From Candidatus Marinacidobacterales bacterium (GTDB taxonomy: Bacteria; Acidobacteriota; Vicinamibacteria; Marinacidobacterales; DATDRI01): a stretch of DNA of 64,000 nt. Under the pieces are notes generated by a model. That model searched no databases. It was not told the DNA's origin and saw only the letters and a list, made by a program, of their open reading frames with translations. The DNA lies in contig CBDCNP010000002.1 of assembly GCA_965219415.1 (NCBI GenBank), positions 1,792,001 to 1,856,000 on the forward strand, written 5' to 3'. Shown here in pieces: positions 18,615 to 30,422 of this stretch; position 1 is the first letter of the stretch, and every line of letters begins with the position of its first letter. The translations under genes and the position numbers were made by a program.

Positions 18615-20957
18615 ATGAGATCAATCGGGCTTATGACGGTGTTACTGTCCATGGCTTTTTTCACCTGCCAAGCGCAGTCGCAGTCCGAGTCGGAGCCGCC
18701 CGGGCTACACGGAGCCGACGGGCCGACCAATCGCCTCGCCAACGAGTCCAGCCCCTACCTCTTGCTCCATGCACACAACCCGGTCGATTGGTATCCGTGG
18801 GGGGACGAAGCCATCGAAGAGGCGCGAAAAGAAGACAAACCGATCTTCCTGTCCGTCGGCTATTCCACCTGCTATTGGTGCCACGTGATGGAGCGCGAGG
18901 TATTCTCGAACCCCCAGATCGCCAAGCTGATGAATCAATGGTTCATCAACATCAAAGTAGACCGAGAGGAACGGCCCGATCTCGACGAGATCTATATGAT
19001 CGCCACGCAGTTGATTCGGCAAAGTGGCGGCTGGCCCAACTCGGTCTTCCTTACGCCGAAGCTCGAGCCGTTTTTCGCCGGGACCTATTTTCCGCCTGAC
19101 GATAGGGGTGGCCGAATGGGGTTTCCCACCGTACTCACCAATATCCATGAGGCCTGGACCACCAAGCGCGAAGATATCGAGATGTCCGCCGACCGGTTGT
19201 CTGACGCGATGCGGTCGATCGTCGCCCAAAAGCGAAGACCGGCGGACGAAGTCCCCTCTGCGGATAGCGTGGGCGCTGCCGTCGCAAACCTGAGGAAGCG
19301 CTTCGACGAAACGAACGGCGGTTTCGGCGGAGCACCCAAATTCCCGTCCCCTGCCAACCTTTTCTTGTTGTGGGACCATGCAGAACAAGGAGACATCGAG
19401 GCCCGCCGGATGGTGGTCGAGACGCTCTACAAAATGGGGCAAAGTGCCATCTACGATCAAATCGACGGAGGCTTCCACCGCTACACCCTGGACGCCGAGT
19501 GGCGCATTCCACACTTCGAGAAGATGCTCTATGACAACGCGCACCTCGCCGAGCTTCTGGCGATGACCGCCGATGCAACCGGAGATCCAGAGCTCGACCG
19601 TCTCGCCAGAGGCACGTTGGACTTCGTATTAGATGAGATGAGACTCGACGGAGGCGGCTTCAAGTCGGCAATTGACGCCGAAACCGATGGGGAGGAAGGC
19701 GCCTACTACGTCTGGACCGGGACCGAACTCCGCGACGCACTGGGTGCGGACGGCTACGATCTGCTCGGACCCTTATTCGGTTTCGATGGCCCCCCCAACT
19801 TCGAGGGCAAAAAATACACGCTCTACCTTGCCGATACGCTCGACGCACACGCGAAACGCCTGGGCTGGAGCCGCTCGGAGCTACTCGAAAAAATTGCACC
19901 TAAGGTGGATCGGCTACGCGTTTCGCGGAAACAGCGAGATTTCCCGCTCGTGGACGACAAGGTCTTGACGGACTGGAACGGCATGATGATCGCTGCGATG
20001 GCCCGGGCCGGGATTTTGCTGGACGAACCACGGTACCTCGAGGCGGCTGAGAAAGCGGCGACTTTCATTCTTGGAAACCTCAAGGATGACGACGGAACAC
20101 TACTTCACGCCTGGCGCGGAGGTGAAGCCAAGATACTTGCCTTTCTAGACGACTACGCCTTCCTCATGAAGGGTCTGATCGCGCTCTACGAAGCGACCCT
20201 GGATAGACGGTGGCTCGAGGCCGCGGAGCACACCGCAGAAGAAATGGAGCGGCGCCTCCGCGATTCGAGTGGTGGCTATTATTTGAGCGAGGAGAAACCT
20301 CACTTGCTCTTCCAGCCCAAGACGATTTTCGACGGTGCCATACCCTCCGGAAACGGTGTTGCAACCCTGACGCTCCTCGCCCTTGCCGAGCACACTGGAA
20401 AAGCGCGGTACCGACAAAGAGCCGAGTCGGCGATGAAGGCTTTCGCCGCGGAACTCGACCAACGACCGGGGAGCCTTCGTACGCTGGCCCAGGCCGTGGG
20501 TCGATACCATCGCGGCTCGGCGCCATCGAAAGTCTTGGCCAGCAAGGAGCCCCCACCGTCGAGACCGACAGACGAATCCATCGGCAAGTTGGCCGAAAAG
20601 CTCGTGACGACTGACATCATCGTGAGCAACGAATCCACTACCGACGCTCCCGGGCGGCCCTTCGAGCTCCGCCTCACCATCCGCGAGGGCTGGCACATCA
20701 ACGCGAATCCACCCTCATTCAAGTACCTCATTGCCACCGAGGTCCAAGGCAACGTAAGGAACATTCGATACCCAGAGGGCGAGATTTTCGAATTTTCTTT
20801 CTCTGATGCGGCGCTTTCGGTGTACCACGGCTCGCTCTCAATCCACGGTGAGGTCGACCCGGGCGAGTCCGACCTTCGGCTCGTCTACCAAGCCTGTGAC
20901 GACACTCGGTGCCTGGCTCCAGTGGAGAAAACGATTCCTCTCTTCCAGCGCAGATAG
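18615..20957 (+). CDS. DUF255/YyaL (SPATA20-like) thioredoxin-domain protein with C-terminal DsbD-N-like domain, exported
   Basis: [50 protein letters not shown]; C-terminal GWHINAN...[12 protein letters not shown]. Confidence 0.92.
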   Translation: MRSIGLMTVLLSMAFFTCQAQSQSESEPPGLHGADGPTNRLANESSPYLLLHAHNPVDWYPWGDEAIEEARKEDKPIFLSVGYSTCYWCHVMEREVFSNPQIAKLMNQWFINIKVDREERPDLDEIYMIATQLIRQSGGWPNSVFLTPKLEPFFAGTYFPPDDRGGRMGFPTVLTNIHEAWTTKREDIEMSADRLSDAMRSIVAQKRRPADEVPSADSVGAAVANLRKRFDETNGGFGGAPKFPSPANLFLLWDHAEQGDIEARRMVVETLYKMGQSAIYDQIDGGFHRYTLDAEWRIPHFEKMLYDNAHLAELLAMTADATGDPELDRLARGTLDFVLDEMRLDGGGFKSAIDAETDGEEGAYYVWTGTELRDALGADGYDLLGPLFGFDGPPNFEGKKYTLYLADTLDAHAKRLGWSRSELLEKIAPKVDRLRVSRKQRDFPLVDDKVLTDWNGMMIAAMARAGILLDEPRYLEAAEKAATFILGNLKDDDGTLLHAWRGGEAKILAFLDDYAFLMKGLIALYEATLDRRWLEAAEHTAEEMERRLRDSSGGYYLSEEKPHLLFQPKTIFDGAIPSGNGVATLTLLALAEHTGKARYRQRAESAMKAFAAELDQRPGSLRTLAQAVGRYHRGSAPSKVLASKEPPPSRPTDESIGKLAEKLVTTDIIVSNESTTDAPGRPFELRLTIREGWHINANPPSFKYLIATEVQGNVRNIRYPEGEIFEFSFSDAALSVYHGSLSIHGEVDPGESDLRLVYQACDDTRCLAPVEKTIPLFQRR

Positions 20958-21036
20958 GAACTTTTTCCACTCGATTCCGTCTCCTTAAAAGGGTAGGTGT
21001 GGCCTGCGTGCTAACCTCGGAGGACTAGGAGGAACC

Positions 21037-21885
21037 ATGAAACAGGCGGCGGTGGGCGGCGGCTTCCCCACCATGCGTCTCGTCCTCGTCCCCGCGCTCA
21101 TCAGCCTGGTCGTCACTCTCTGGCGATTGACCGGCGAACTTCTCAGCTGGTCGACCGTGTTCTTCAATCCGGAGGCAGGCGGGGTCGGGGCGGTCATCGG
21201 TATCACCTGGCTGGCACCGATCTTCGGGATCTATTTCGCCTTGCATCTCGCCAAAAATGGCGACGCCCCTTCGGGCTGGGGGAAGGCGATTGGCTTCGCG
21301 GTGCTGGGTTGCCTCCTTCTGGTGGCGGGTGGTCCGGTTCAGGCGTTTCTCGTTCAGAAAAACTTCTTCGGTGGCCTGCTGTTCATCTGGTTGCTGGCCG
21401 CGATGACCTCGGGCCTCCAATATTTCGGCTGGCCACAGCTCTTCAGAACCCTCCTAGCCTACGGATTGGGTGCACGACTTCCGGTGGTCCTCATCATGGC
21501 GCTGGCCATGCACGGAACGTGGGGTACTCATTACAACGCTATCCCCCCCGGATTTCCGGAGCTAGGCGGGTGGGCGAGCTTCTTGTGGTTGGGTCTTCTT
21601 CCTCAACTCCTGTTCTGGGTGGGATTTACGATCGTGTTTGGGGCTTTCTTCGGAATTCCGGTAGCTAGCTTGGTGGGCCGAAGGAAACCGACCATAGAAG
21701 CAGCCCCCATCCTAGAACCTTCTGGCCAGTACTCGCGCCCAAGCGAGTGTCCCTTCGGAAGCCGGCGGCGAGAATACCTTATTGGTAGGAGCGTCCTACC
21801 CAAGCCCGGCTCGGACAACCAGCTGATTTGGATTCCCTTCGGCCTGGCTCGATCTAAACAAGGCGCTTGTCACAACCGAAGGTAG
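21037..21885 (+). CDS. Hypothetical multi-pass membrane protein
   Basis: GGAGG RBS; about six hydrophobic segments; WGTHY motif. Confidence 0.7.
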   Translation: MKQAAVGGGFPTMRLVLVPALISLVVTLWRLTGELLSWSTVFFNPEAGGVGAVIGITWLAPIFGIYFALHLAKNGDAPSGWGKAIGFAVLGCLLLVAGGPVQAFLVQKNFFGGLLFIWLLAAMTSGLQYFGWPQLFRTLLAYGLGARLPVVLIMALAMHGTWGTHYNAIPPGFPELGGWASFLWLGLLPQLLFWVGFTIVFGAFFGIPVASLVGRRKPTIEAAPILEPSGQYSRPSECPFGSRRREYLIGRSVLPKPGSDNQLIWIPFGLARSKQGACHNRR

Positions 21886-21981
21886 TCAAGGGCCCTCGGG
21901 AAAAACCTTGAACCTTGCCCGGCTCATCTCCGTATATGGGCATGAGAGACGCCGGAATCGCCGGCGCGTGGAGGAATCCAA

Positions 21982-22554
21982 ATGAAACGAACCCCTTATG
22001 GTATCGCCCTTCTGGCCGCCCTTCTGTTGGTCCCGAGCGCCACAGCGAACGCGCAGGAACCGAGCGAGGAAAAGTCCACCTGGATTCACATACAAGTGAA
22101 CGGCGAGGGTGATGACGCCGAGAAAGTAAACATCAATCTACCCTTGTCTCTCGTGGAAGTCGCTATCGACGTCGCCCCCGACGAGGCGCTGGAAAAGGCC
22201 CAGGTCCACTTCGATCACCACGGCCTTTCCATTGGCGATCTAAGACGACTCTGGCAAGAGTTTCGAGCCGTGGGCGATGGAGAGTTCGTTGCGGTGGAGA
22301 AACAAGGTGAACGCGTCCACATTTTGCGCCGGGGCGAGCACATCATCATCGAGGTCGAACAGACGGACGAAACGGGTAGAGAAGAAGTACATGTCGAGGT
22401 ACCCGTTGCGGTGGTGGATGCCCTGCTTTCCGGCGATGGAGAGCAGTTGAACCTCCGCGAAGCGGTCGCTCAGCTCAAGGATCAACGCGGCGATATCGTG
22501 CGAGTGGACGACGGCAAGAGTCACGTTCGTATTTGGGTCGACGAAGGGAGATAA
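21982..22554 (+). CDS. Hypothetical exported protein (paralog of the next gene)
   Basis: GGAGG RBS, signal peptide (ANA-QE), V.INLPLSLV...VRIWVD. Confidence 0.75.
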   Translation: MKRTPYGIALLAALLLVPSATANAQEPSEEKSTWIHIQVNGEGDDAEKVNINLPLSLVEVAIDVAPDEALEKAQVHFDHHGLSIGDLRRLWQEFRAVGDGEFVAVEKQGERVHILRRGEHIIIEVEQTDETGREEVHVEVPVAVVDALLSGDGEQLNLREAVAQLKDQRGDIVRVDDGKSHVRIWVDEGR

Positions 22555-22556
22555 GA

Positions 22557-23057
22557 ATGTTCAAAGTCGCCGCCGTCTTACCCCTGGCCTTCGTCGCTAT
22601 CGTAGCGAGCGCGAACTACGTGGTTGTGGACGTCACGACCGATGGGAACCATTTCGTAATTCCGGTACCCCTGGTCGTCGCGAGAGCGGCGGTAGCCTTG
22701 GCTCCTGAAGAGATCACTCGCATCCCCTGCCCCGAGTTCGCAGAGTATCAGGAAGTCGCGGAAAGGGTTCTAGAGGAGCTCATCATCGCACCCGATGGAG
22801 ACTTCGTTAGCGTGCAGAACGGTGACGAGACGGTCCTCATCTCGAAGTTTGGAGGTGATCTGGAGGTGACCGTCCACAGCCAGCACGAAGACGTCTCCGT
22901 CGTCGTACCGCTCGAAGCCGTGGAGGAGTTAATTAGCCACTACGACGGCGAAGCCTTCGACGCGTCCGACGTCGTAAGGGCGCTGGGGGAGATCTCCAAC
23001 TCGGACCTGGTTCACATCCGCACCCCCGATGAGGAAATCAAGGTCTGGATCTGGTAA
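22557..23057 (+). CDS. Hypothetical exported/membrane-anchored protein
   Basis: Starts 2 nt after the previous stop; shares VPL..V...DLV.I.....IKVWIW pattern. Confidence 0.75.
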   Translation: MFKVAAVLPLAFVAIVASANYVVVDVTTDGNHFVIPVPLVVARAAVALAPEEITRIPCPEFAEYQEVAERVLEELIIAPDGDFVSVQNGDETVLISKFGGDLEVTVHSQHEDVSVVVPLEAVEELISHYDGEAFDASDVVRALGEISNSDLVHIRTPDEEIKVWIW

Positions 23058-23301
23058 CTGGCGCCTGGCCACTTTGCCCACACGCACCGTCCTGGTTTGG
23101 CGCCAAGAATGATCTCACCGGCGCCCCTCCAACCCCAGATCTCGGAACTGACCTCCAGGCCGCGAGTCTACGCGGTTGCCACAACTTGACCCAGCCAGGC
23201 GGCTCTCAGATCCTGCCGCACGCAAAATACGCGGTGCCCAACCGGAGGCGGCCAGGCACCCATAGCACACCGGGCTCGATTTCGTTACACTCAGGCCTTC
23301 T

Positions 23302-23673
23302 ATGGAGGCCAACTACGTTCCGGGGCGACGCAACATCGGCCGTAGCGAAGTGCGCCGGCGTTGGCGATTCGGCGCCATTGGCCTGGGCGTAAGCCTTCTC
23401 ATCTTGCTCGCCCTCGGGTGGACGGAGGCTCCTCGACTCGCCCGTCTCGTCCTTGCCGTTCCGCTGTTGGTCGCTTTCTTGGGGTTGGTTCAGGCTTCGA
23501 GCGAGACTTGAGTGGTAATGGGGATGCGGGGCTCGCATCGAATGAACGAGGAAACTGGTCGCGCGAACACCCGCCAGGAACGGGAAAAAGACCGTCAGCG
23601 GTGTCTTGGCCTGTGGGCGCTGGTGGGCCTCTTGACCATCACCGGCGCCGGCGTGGCCTTACTCATCCCCTAA
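23302..23673 (+). CDS. Small membrane protein, probable selenoprotein (in-frame TGA 23509-23511)
   Basis: Reading through TGA gives 123 aa ending in a third hydrophobic helix and TAA 23671-23673; hairpin 11 nt after TGA. Confidence 0.7.
23523..23539 (+). promoter_or_regulatory. Candidate bacterial SECIS hairpin
   Basis: GATGCG-GGGCT-CGCATC; stem starts 11 nt after UGA; G-rich apical loop. Confidence 0.6.
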
Positions 23674-23692
23674 TCGAAATGGCTGGACGATA

Positions 23693-25369
23693 ATGGATCT
23701 GAACAAAATCTACTGCCTCAAAGATCGCGTAGCCTCACGCAAGATTGTGGACGAAGTGATTCTCGTGCCTCTCCGAGATAGCGTCGCCGAGATGGAGAAC
23801 CTCTATTCATTGAACGAAGTGGCTGCTCGAGTCTACGAGCTTGTCGATGGAAAGCGCGCCGTCCGGGACATCTGCTCGGTCATCGTCGAAGAATTCGATG
23901 TGAGCCCAGAGCAGGCCGAGGCCGACGTGTGAGCTCTTGTCAATAGGTGTGTAAAAAAGTTCAGGCAGCAGCAACCTTCGACGACTCCGTTACCCTGTCT
24001 CCATCTTCAAATCGAACGCCCAGGTGAACCTCTCGCATCAGCTCCGGTGCGTTGAGCCGGCGAAAATTCTTCTCCGCAACCAGAAGCAGTTTGAAGATTG
24101 TCGCAGTGGCGGACTCGATTTTCTTGAACCTTTTGGCCGCATCCGTTCTCAATCTCAGTGCAGCGAACGGTGACTCCACGACGTTGCTCGTGCGAAGGTG
24201 TTGCCAGTGAGGCTTGGGAAAGGAATAGAAGCTGACCATCCGCTCCCAGTCCTCGTCGAGCACGTGCGCGGCCCCCGGAAGACCCTTGCGCAAGCACCAA
24301 TCCTGGAACTTGGCCTTCTTCGTCTCGCACTCCTGCAGGCTGGTGGGGTAGGGGGTCGCCGTCAACAGCGGCTTGGCCTGCGCCTGGTCCCTTTTCGGAA
24401 TCCGGTCCAGTACGTTGAGGATTCGGTGGTTCCAGCACCGCTGCTCCTCAGCTTCTGGAAATACGTTTCGGGTCGCGGCACAGATGCCGAGATGACCGTC
24501 ACCGATCACCAAACGGGGACATCTCAGACCGCGCTTCTTCAGTCTCCGTAGCAGCGACGACCATGACGCTTCGGATTCTCGATGCCCGGCCTCCAGCGTC
24601 AGGACGATTTTCGTCCCGTCGGACAGGCCACCAACCGCAACTAGCACCGCCGCCTTGTCCTTCTCAAGGCCGGCCTTCACGTACACGCCATCTACCCACA
24701 GGGACACGAGCTCGAGTTCGTCCAGTGGGCGAGCTAGCCACTGCTCGTACTCTCCCTGCCATTTCTGTTTCAGCCGCGACACCGTGCTGGGAGAAAGTGG
24801 AGCGTCCTCCCCTAGAAGCCCGCGGAGCGCCAAATCGAAATCTCCGTGAGCTAGTCCATGCAGGTACAGCTCCGGAATCAACTCGCTCACCGTTTCGCTC
24901 CGACGCTTGAACAGCGGAAGCACTCGACTTTCGAACCTCTCCTCCACGTCCCCTACTCTCGGCCGGCGAACCGTCACCGTGCCCACGCTCATCGTCAGCT
25001 TCCGAGGCTTACCGTATCCATTTCGATAGCCCGCCGTTGTGTCCACGGGCTTCCGTCTCTCCGATTTCTCACGCCCGAGAAGCTCCGTGACTTCGGCTAC
25101 CATCAGCTCCTGCACCCAATCCTGGATCTCGAGCCTCGCCCACTTCTCCAGCGACTCCCAAGCCACCCTTGACGAGCTCCGTCGTCTTGTGGTCTTTTCC
25201 TTCATGGCGGTGTCTCCTTCCGTTGGCCCCTTCACGCCGTGTTTCGTGACGCGGAAGGTTACTCCGCCTTTACTTTATTTCCACACCTTCTGAGGGTAGC
25301 TCCGACGTGTCACAATTCGTCGAACAGCTCGAGAGCATCCATGCGATCGAAGTGTGTCCTGAGGCCTAG
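23693..25369 (+). pseudogene. PqqD-family protein interrupted by IS256
   Basis: LYSLNEVAARVYELVDGKR...EEFDVSPEQAEADV resumes after the IS as SQFVEQLESIHAIEVCPEA* (25311-25369). Confidence 0.85.
23931..25302 (-). mobile_element. Complete IS256-family element; transposase 23961..25205
   Basis: GYRNGY, WVDGVY, GDG, QRCWNH and RTSNVVES; imperfect IRs GAGCT...GGTGTG; 8-bp TSD CGACGTGT at 23923-23930 and 25303-25310. Confidence 0.95.
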
Positions 25370-25548
25370 CTCCTCGAAGCCTCCCCCTCCCCCGCAAGGC
25401 CCTATCTGCGAAGGAGTTGGGTTGACAAAATCCTCCCGCCCTCCCCACAATAAGTTGACTCACTCTTCACCCTAAACTTCACAGGCAGAAACCGCCATCG
25501 CTTAGAGCCTTGGTCAGCGTGACAGATCTGCGTCCGATTTGAGCAACG

Positions 25549-26787
25549 ATGCACCCCTCCGATAGCCACATCGACGCCGCCAACGAAAAGTTGGTCTACT
25601 GGCTGAGTTTCGCACTGCGTTGTGTACTGGGGCTCCTCGCCTGGTGGGCATCCTGGTACACGGATTTTTCCCTAGTCGAAGACGCCGTGACGTACGAGAC
25701 CATGGGAAGGAGGATCGTGCTCGAATGGATGGCCAACGGCACATCCCCAACGCTGCAGAGCATGATGGTGAGTGGTCGTAACGCATGGGGCATGATCTTC
25801 GTCTTGGCTTCATTCTCCTTTGTTCTCCGGGGAGCGCGCGCCCTACCGCTGATCATTGTGCTCTTCAACCTCATCACCGCCTGGACGCTGGTCTTCATCT
25901 ACCGAACCTCCCGCCACCTGGGCCTATCCGATGTCGGCGCCCCTTACGCAGCGCGACTGGTAATCTTTTCTCCAGTCTTCGCTTTCTGGGGGGAGCCCTT
26001 TACAAGGAAGGGCTGGTTCTCTTCGCGCTGAGCCTGATTGCGTATCACGTCCTCGTCCTCCAGCTGGGGTTCCGCCCGAGGTCGGTCCTCATGGTGGTTT
26101 TTGGAATCGCCGCGCTTTCGTCGCTGCGATTCTATTTGGCCATCATACTGTTACCTAGCATCGTCCTCGGCGTACTTCTAGGGGCGTCGCTGGGGAGCCG
26201 GTGACGCTTTGACCGAGGAGACCCCGGCCTCGACCGTCATCCGACGGATGGTCGTACTGGGCGGCTTGATCGTGCTTCTAGTCGTCTCGGGTTCTAGCTC
26301 GGGGATCCTGAAAATCTTGCCGGAGAACACCAGGGAGTTCTTGGGACAAGTCCAAGCCTCACGAGATGATCTTGCATCAGCTTCTTCCGGCTACCTTCGT
26401 GGGACCGACGTATCCACTCCTCTTGCGGCCCTCAAATTCTTACCCCTCGGCGTTTTCTATTTCCTGACCGTACCTCTGCCGTGGCAACTCGGCTCGGCAC
26501 GGCAGAGCCTGGTTATTCCAGAGATGATCTATTGGCTCCTTCAGTATCCCCGCATCTTCCGCGGTATGAAATTGGGCCTCCGTAAGAATCTCGGTGGTAG
26601 CTTGGTATTGATCTCGATTACGCTAGAAATGATTGTCCTCTACGGACTGTTCGTCAGCAATGTCGGCACAGCTTACCGACTACGGGCGCAAGTGTGGCTG
26701 TTCTGGGCGGTATTCGCTGGGTGGAAAAAGGAACAAGAGCTGCTTCCGATCGAGGAAGAATCCGGCGGAACTTCGATTTCGAGCTAG
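25549..26787 (+). pseudogene. EPS-associated polytopic membrane protein (Wzy/GT-C-like), frameshifted into three pieces
   Basis: ORFs 25549..26031, 25785..26204 and 26209..26787: DAVTYE, LYKE, RFY, P.PWQ and NVGTAYRLRAQ. Confidence 0.7.
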
Positions 26788-27440
26788 TAGGTGTAGCGAC
26801 CGTAGTAGTGACCCGGCTGTGATTTGAGGTCAACGTCGTTGAGAACGACGCCGGTTACCTTTCCATTGACCTTTTCGATCAATTCCAAGGAGCTCTTTAG
26901 CTCGTTGCGAGTGCTCCGGCCGCTCCTGGTGACCAGCAACACGGCGTCACAACGCCCGCACAAGAAATGCGTGTCAAAGACGGATAGCAGGGGTGCCGAG
27001 TCCACGACCACGAAGTCGAAGTGGGAGGCACACGTTTCCAATGCCTGCTCCATGGCTTGGGAAGCCAGCAACTCTCCAGGCGTCGGGCTCTTAGGACCGG
27101 CCATCAGCAAGAATAGGTTCGGGGTCTCGGTCCGCACAACGCACCCGTCGTTTAGCTGCCTCTGACCGGTAAGTACATTGGTCAAACCGGTTCGATTGCG
27201 ATAGCTGAATACCCGGTGTAGTCGAGGGTTCCTAAGGTCCGAGTCTACCAGCAGGACTTTCTTGTTGAGTTGGATGAGCGCAAGTCCCAGGTTACAGGAC
27301 ACGAAACTCTTTTCCGGCACCCTTCTCGGCGCTCGTGACCAATATTGTCTGCGGTACGTGGCCCGGCGTGCTCAAGAGTAGGGAGCCGCGGAGAAACTTG
27401 AGCCGTTCGTTGAGCACCTCTCGGCTTTCCTGAAGGTGCT
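26784..27440 (-). pseudogene. CpsD/CapB (Wzc) tyrosine kinase C-terminal fragment, cut by IS3
   Basis: Frameshifted Walker A (VTSAEKGAG/KSFVSCNL), LLVDSDLRNP, VVVDSAP and Tyr-rich tail HYYGRYTY. Confidence 0.85.
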
Positions 27441-28697
27441 TGGGCTTGATCCGGTTTCGTAGACGGTTTAGTTAAGCTGGCGAAGTCCTCATCCGTCGTT
27501 CAAACTCGGCCGGACTGACCTGGCCGAGGGTCGAGTGTCGTCGTCTCTGGTTGTAGAATACCTCGATGAAGTCGAAGAGGGCCATCTTGGCCTCGCCGCA
27601 ACTGAGGAAATGCTCCCCAAGCTCGTGCTTGACCGTGGAGAACCAGCTCTCGATGACGGCGTTGTCGTAGCAGTTGCCCCGTCGGCTCATGCTCCCGGTC
27701 ATGCCATGCGTCTCAAGGAGACGTTGGTAGTCTTTGCTGGCATACGGACTGCCCTGATCGGAGTGATGCAAGAGCCCCGCGGCCGGTTGGCGACGTTTCA
27801 GTGCCATCCGCAACGCCTTGATAACCAGGTGACGGTCGTTAATAGCACTTACGGCCCACCCAACGAGGAATCGCGAGTAGAGGTCGAGGAGCGCCGCGAG
27901 ATAAAGCTTCCCGCCGCTGCCGATCACGAACTCGGTCGTGTCCCCGACCCACCGTTGGTTCGGCGCATCGGCGACGAAGTCTTGCCCGAGCACATTGGCC
28001 GCGACGGGCTGGCCATGACCGCTTACCGTCGTGCGCTTGAAGCGTTTGCGTACTCGAGCAATGAGGCCTTCTGCCTGTTTCAACCGAATCACCCGCTTCC
28101 GACTCACTCGATACCCCTGCTCGTGCAGGTCGTGATAAATCCGCGGACTCCCATAGGTGCGGCGACTCGCCTCATGGGAGGCACGAATCAACACGCGCAA
28201 CTGGCGGTCCCGGCGCGCGTGGGCCGACGGCGGCCGACGTACCCAGGCATAAAAGCCACTCCGAGAGACGTTGAGAATCTGACACAGGTGAACGACCGGT
28301 ACGGTGGCCTTCTCCGCCTGGATGAACGCGAATCTTACTCGCTCTCCTTCGCGAAGAAGGCCGCGGCTTTTTTTAAAACGTCGCGCTCCACCCGCAACCG
28401 CCGATTCTCTTTGCGGAGCCGCCGAAGCTCCTCGCGTTCCACGCCCGTCAAGCCCGTCCGGCCCTTCGTCCGATCGGCCCGGGCCTGACGGACCCAGTTG
28501 CGAAACGCCGATTCGGTGAGGTCAAGCTCCCGGGCCACCCGACCCACGCTCTGGCCTTCATCAAGCACCAGCCGGACCGCGCCTGCCTTAAACTCGTCAT
28601 CAAACTCCCGGCGGGGTCGCCGGGGCTGCGTTGTCTTTGCCATTGTGGACATCGTATCCGCCTTTCAGAAAGTGTCCACGAAACTGGATCAAGCCCA
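27441..28697 (-). mobile_element. IS3-family element (orfA 28335..28652, orfB to 27472)
   Basis: IRs TGGGCTTGATCCRGTTTCGT; A7G slippery run at the end of orfA; WVGDTT, HHSDQGS and CYDNA..ES; no TSD. Confidence 0.93.
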
Positions 28698-29383
28698 CAT
28701 CCAGCATCAGTGCCGCAAGCTCGAACTCCTCTAGCCGCCGAGACAGGTATTCCTCGAGCTTCTTAGTCGTCTGGCTCACGAGGTGACGGCTGGCGGCACT
28801 CTTACTCGTGCCACGAGACTTCAACTTGGCCGCGGGTTTGTTCAGACTCGATTCGTAATTTCGGGTCGATACCCCCACCAAGATCTGATTCAACACTCGC
28901 TCTGGAAGCGGGTCTTCTTCGCGGAAGGCTTCGAAGTGTGGAAGCGACGCCTCCTCGCCCGACTTCGAGCGAACTCGAGGTCGCGACACTTGGATGCGAC
29001 GACCACCGAAGCTCAGCTCTCCGTTCGTGCTCCCCCAGTGGTTATGAGTTCGCTCCTTCTCGTGCTTGCCCTTGAGCCCCGCGATCTCCTCGGCGTCCTC
29101 TCTGAGCAGTAGGTGCAGAGCTGTCAGTCCTTGCTCGTACACCCATTCCGTCAGTTCCGCCTTCGTGGCCGCGATCCCAGCTATCATCGGTAGCAGTATC
29201 TGACCGACTTGGCCAACTACCTTGCCCGTAGGCGAGTGCGTTTGCTTTCTTACTGGCTTCTTTGATTTCCTAGGCATTGGTGGCTCTTTGTCCCCCTCTG
29301 GAGACGGTTGTTTGGCAGACCTATTCTTAGGCCGGCCAAGGAGCCGCCGCTACCCCAAATTCAACATCCGGCGGGACATCCCC
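28698..29383 (-). mobile_element. IS256-family 5' fragment (transposase N-terminus to 29277)
   Basis: RPRVR, GVSTR.Y, SKSAASR and ALMLD; end GGGGATGTCCCGCCGGATGTTGAA. Confidence 0.8.
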
Positions 29384-30149
29384 CTGTTCACCGTCGAGGT
29401 TGTGAACCCGTTCGGGCTCGTCCGCTACCATGTCCTGTTTGTCATCGATATCGCCACTCGCTGCGTGTGCATCGGTGGGATAACGTCGGACCCCAACGGG
29501 GAGTGGATGAAGCAGGTGGCAAGAAACCTCACTGACCTGTGGGATGGTTTCCTCCTTGGCAAGCGATACCTCATCCACGACCGGGACCCGCTATTCACCG
29601 AGGCGGTACGTGGGCTGTTGAGAGATTCAGGCGTGAAGCCCCTTCGCCTTCCCGCTAATAGTCCGAATCTGAACGCATATGCGGAAAGATTCGTTCTCTC
29701 CATACGTCGAGAGTGTCTCGACCGCTTCGTACCTCTCAGTGAGCGACACCTGCGCACAGCGGTAACCGAATACGTAGTGCACTATCACACAGAACGGAAC
29801 CACCAAGGTCTCGGCAACGAGCTCCTCACACCTCTGCCGGCAAGCGCGAATGACACTAGCCCCATCGTGTCGCGAGAGCGACTTGGGGGCATTCTCAACT
29901 ACTACTGCCGTGCCGCGTAGATTGTCGCCGGCGACGGTAGCCACTCGGCGGGCTCGACCGGCGTAGCGTGGAAACCGCTTCAGGAACACGCTTCGATATT
30001 CGCTCTCGACTAGGAGGTCATCTGCATGGTGACGACCCGCCTGCCCAAGACGATTGTAAAGCCCACGGCCCTTGGCCCGGTCGCAAACACAGACACTAAG
30101 TTGCTGATTTATGGCCTATTTCAAAAGGGCCGAGTTTTGGCACAGGACG
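29384..30149 (+). mobile_element. rve-integrase (IS481-like) element 3' half plus ~230-bp right end
   Basis: [36 protein letters not shown] and RLGGILNYY; end GAGTTTTGGCACAGGACG. Further 3' copies at 58360-58730 and 63040-63426. Confidence 0.85.
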
Positions 30150-30176
30150 GGATCCGGCGAAGCGTGCACTCTCGGC

Positions 30177-30271
30177 CTGTGATCCGCAAAAAAGAAGAAC
30201 GCGTATCGACGGGCAGAAGAAAACGCCCCCGATGCCAGACACCCCATTAGACTGGACTTTGCGGCGCAAGA
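30177..30271. repeat. MITE family E (~95 bp), degenerate copy
   Basis: CTGTGATCCGCAAAAAAGAAGA end shared with 34326-34421 and 51118-51213; degenerate opposite IR. Confidence 0.55.
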
Positions 30272-30422
30272 GAGCGAAAGTCGGATGATGCTGAAGGATA
30301 CAGGGGTTGGCCAGGGATGTCGTTCTGGACGGTTTGGACCTCGCCAGCCTGCGGCGGGTCTGGGAGCAGACTTCTGGGGCTGCTCCTCCACGTTCGCTCT
30401 CAAGCGCGAGAGGAACTAATAA

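Noticed and set aside
27535-28488. Long antisense ORFs (also 45557..46459, 52078..53178, 60392..61399)
   Set aside because: Shadows of GC-rich real genes on the opposite strand; no motifs of their own.
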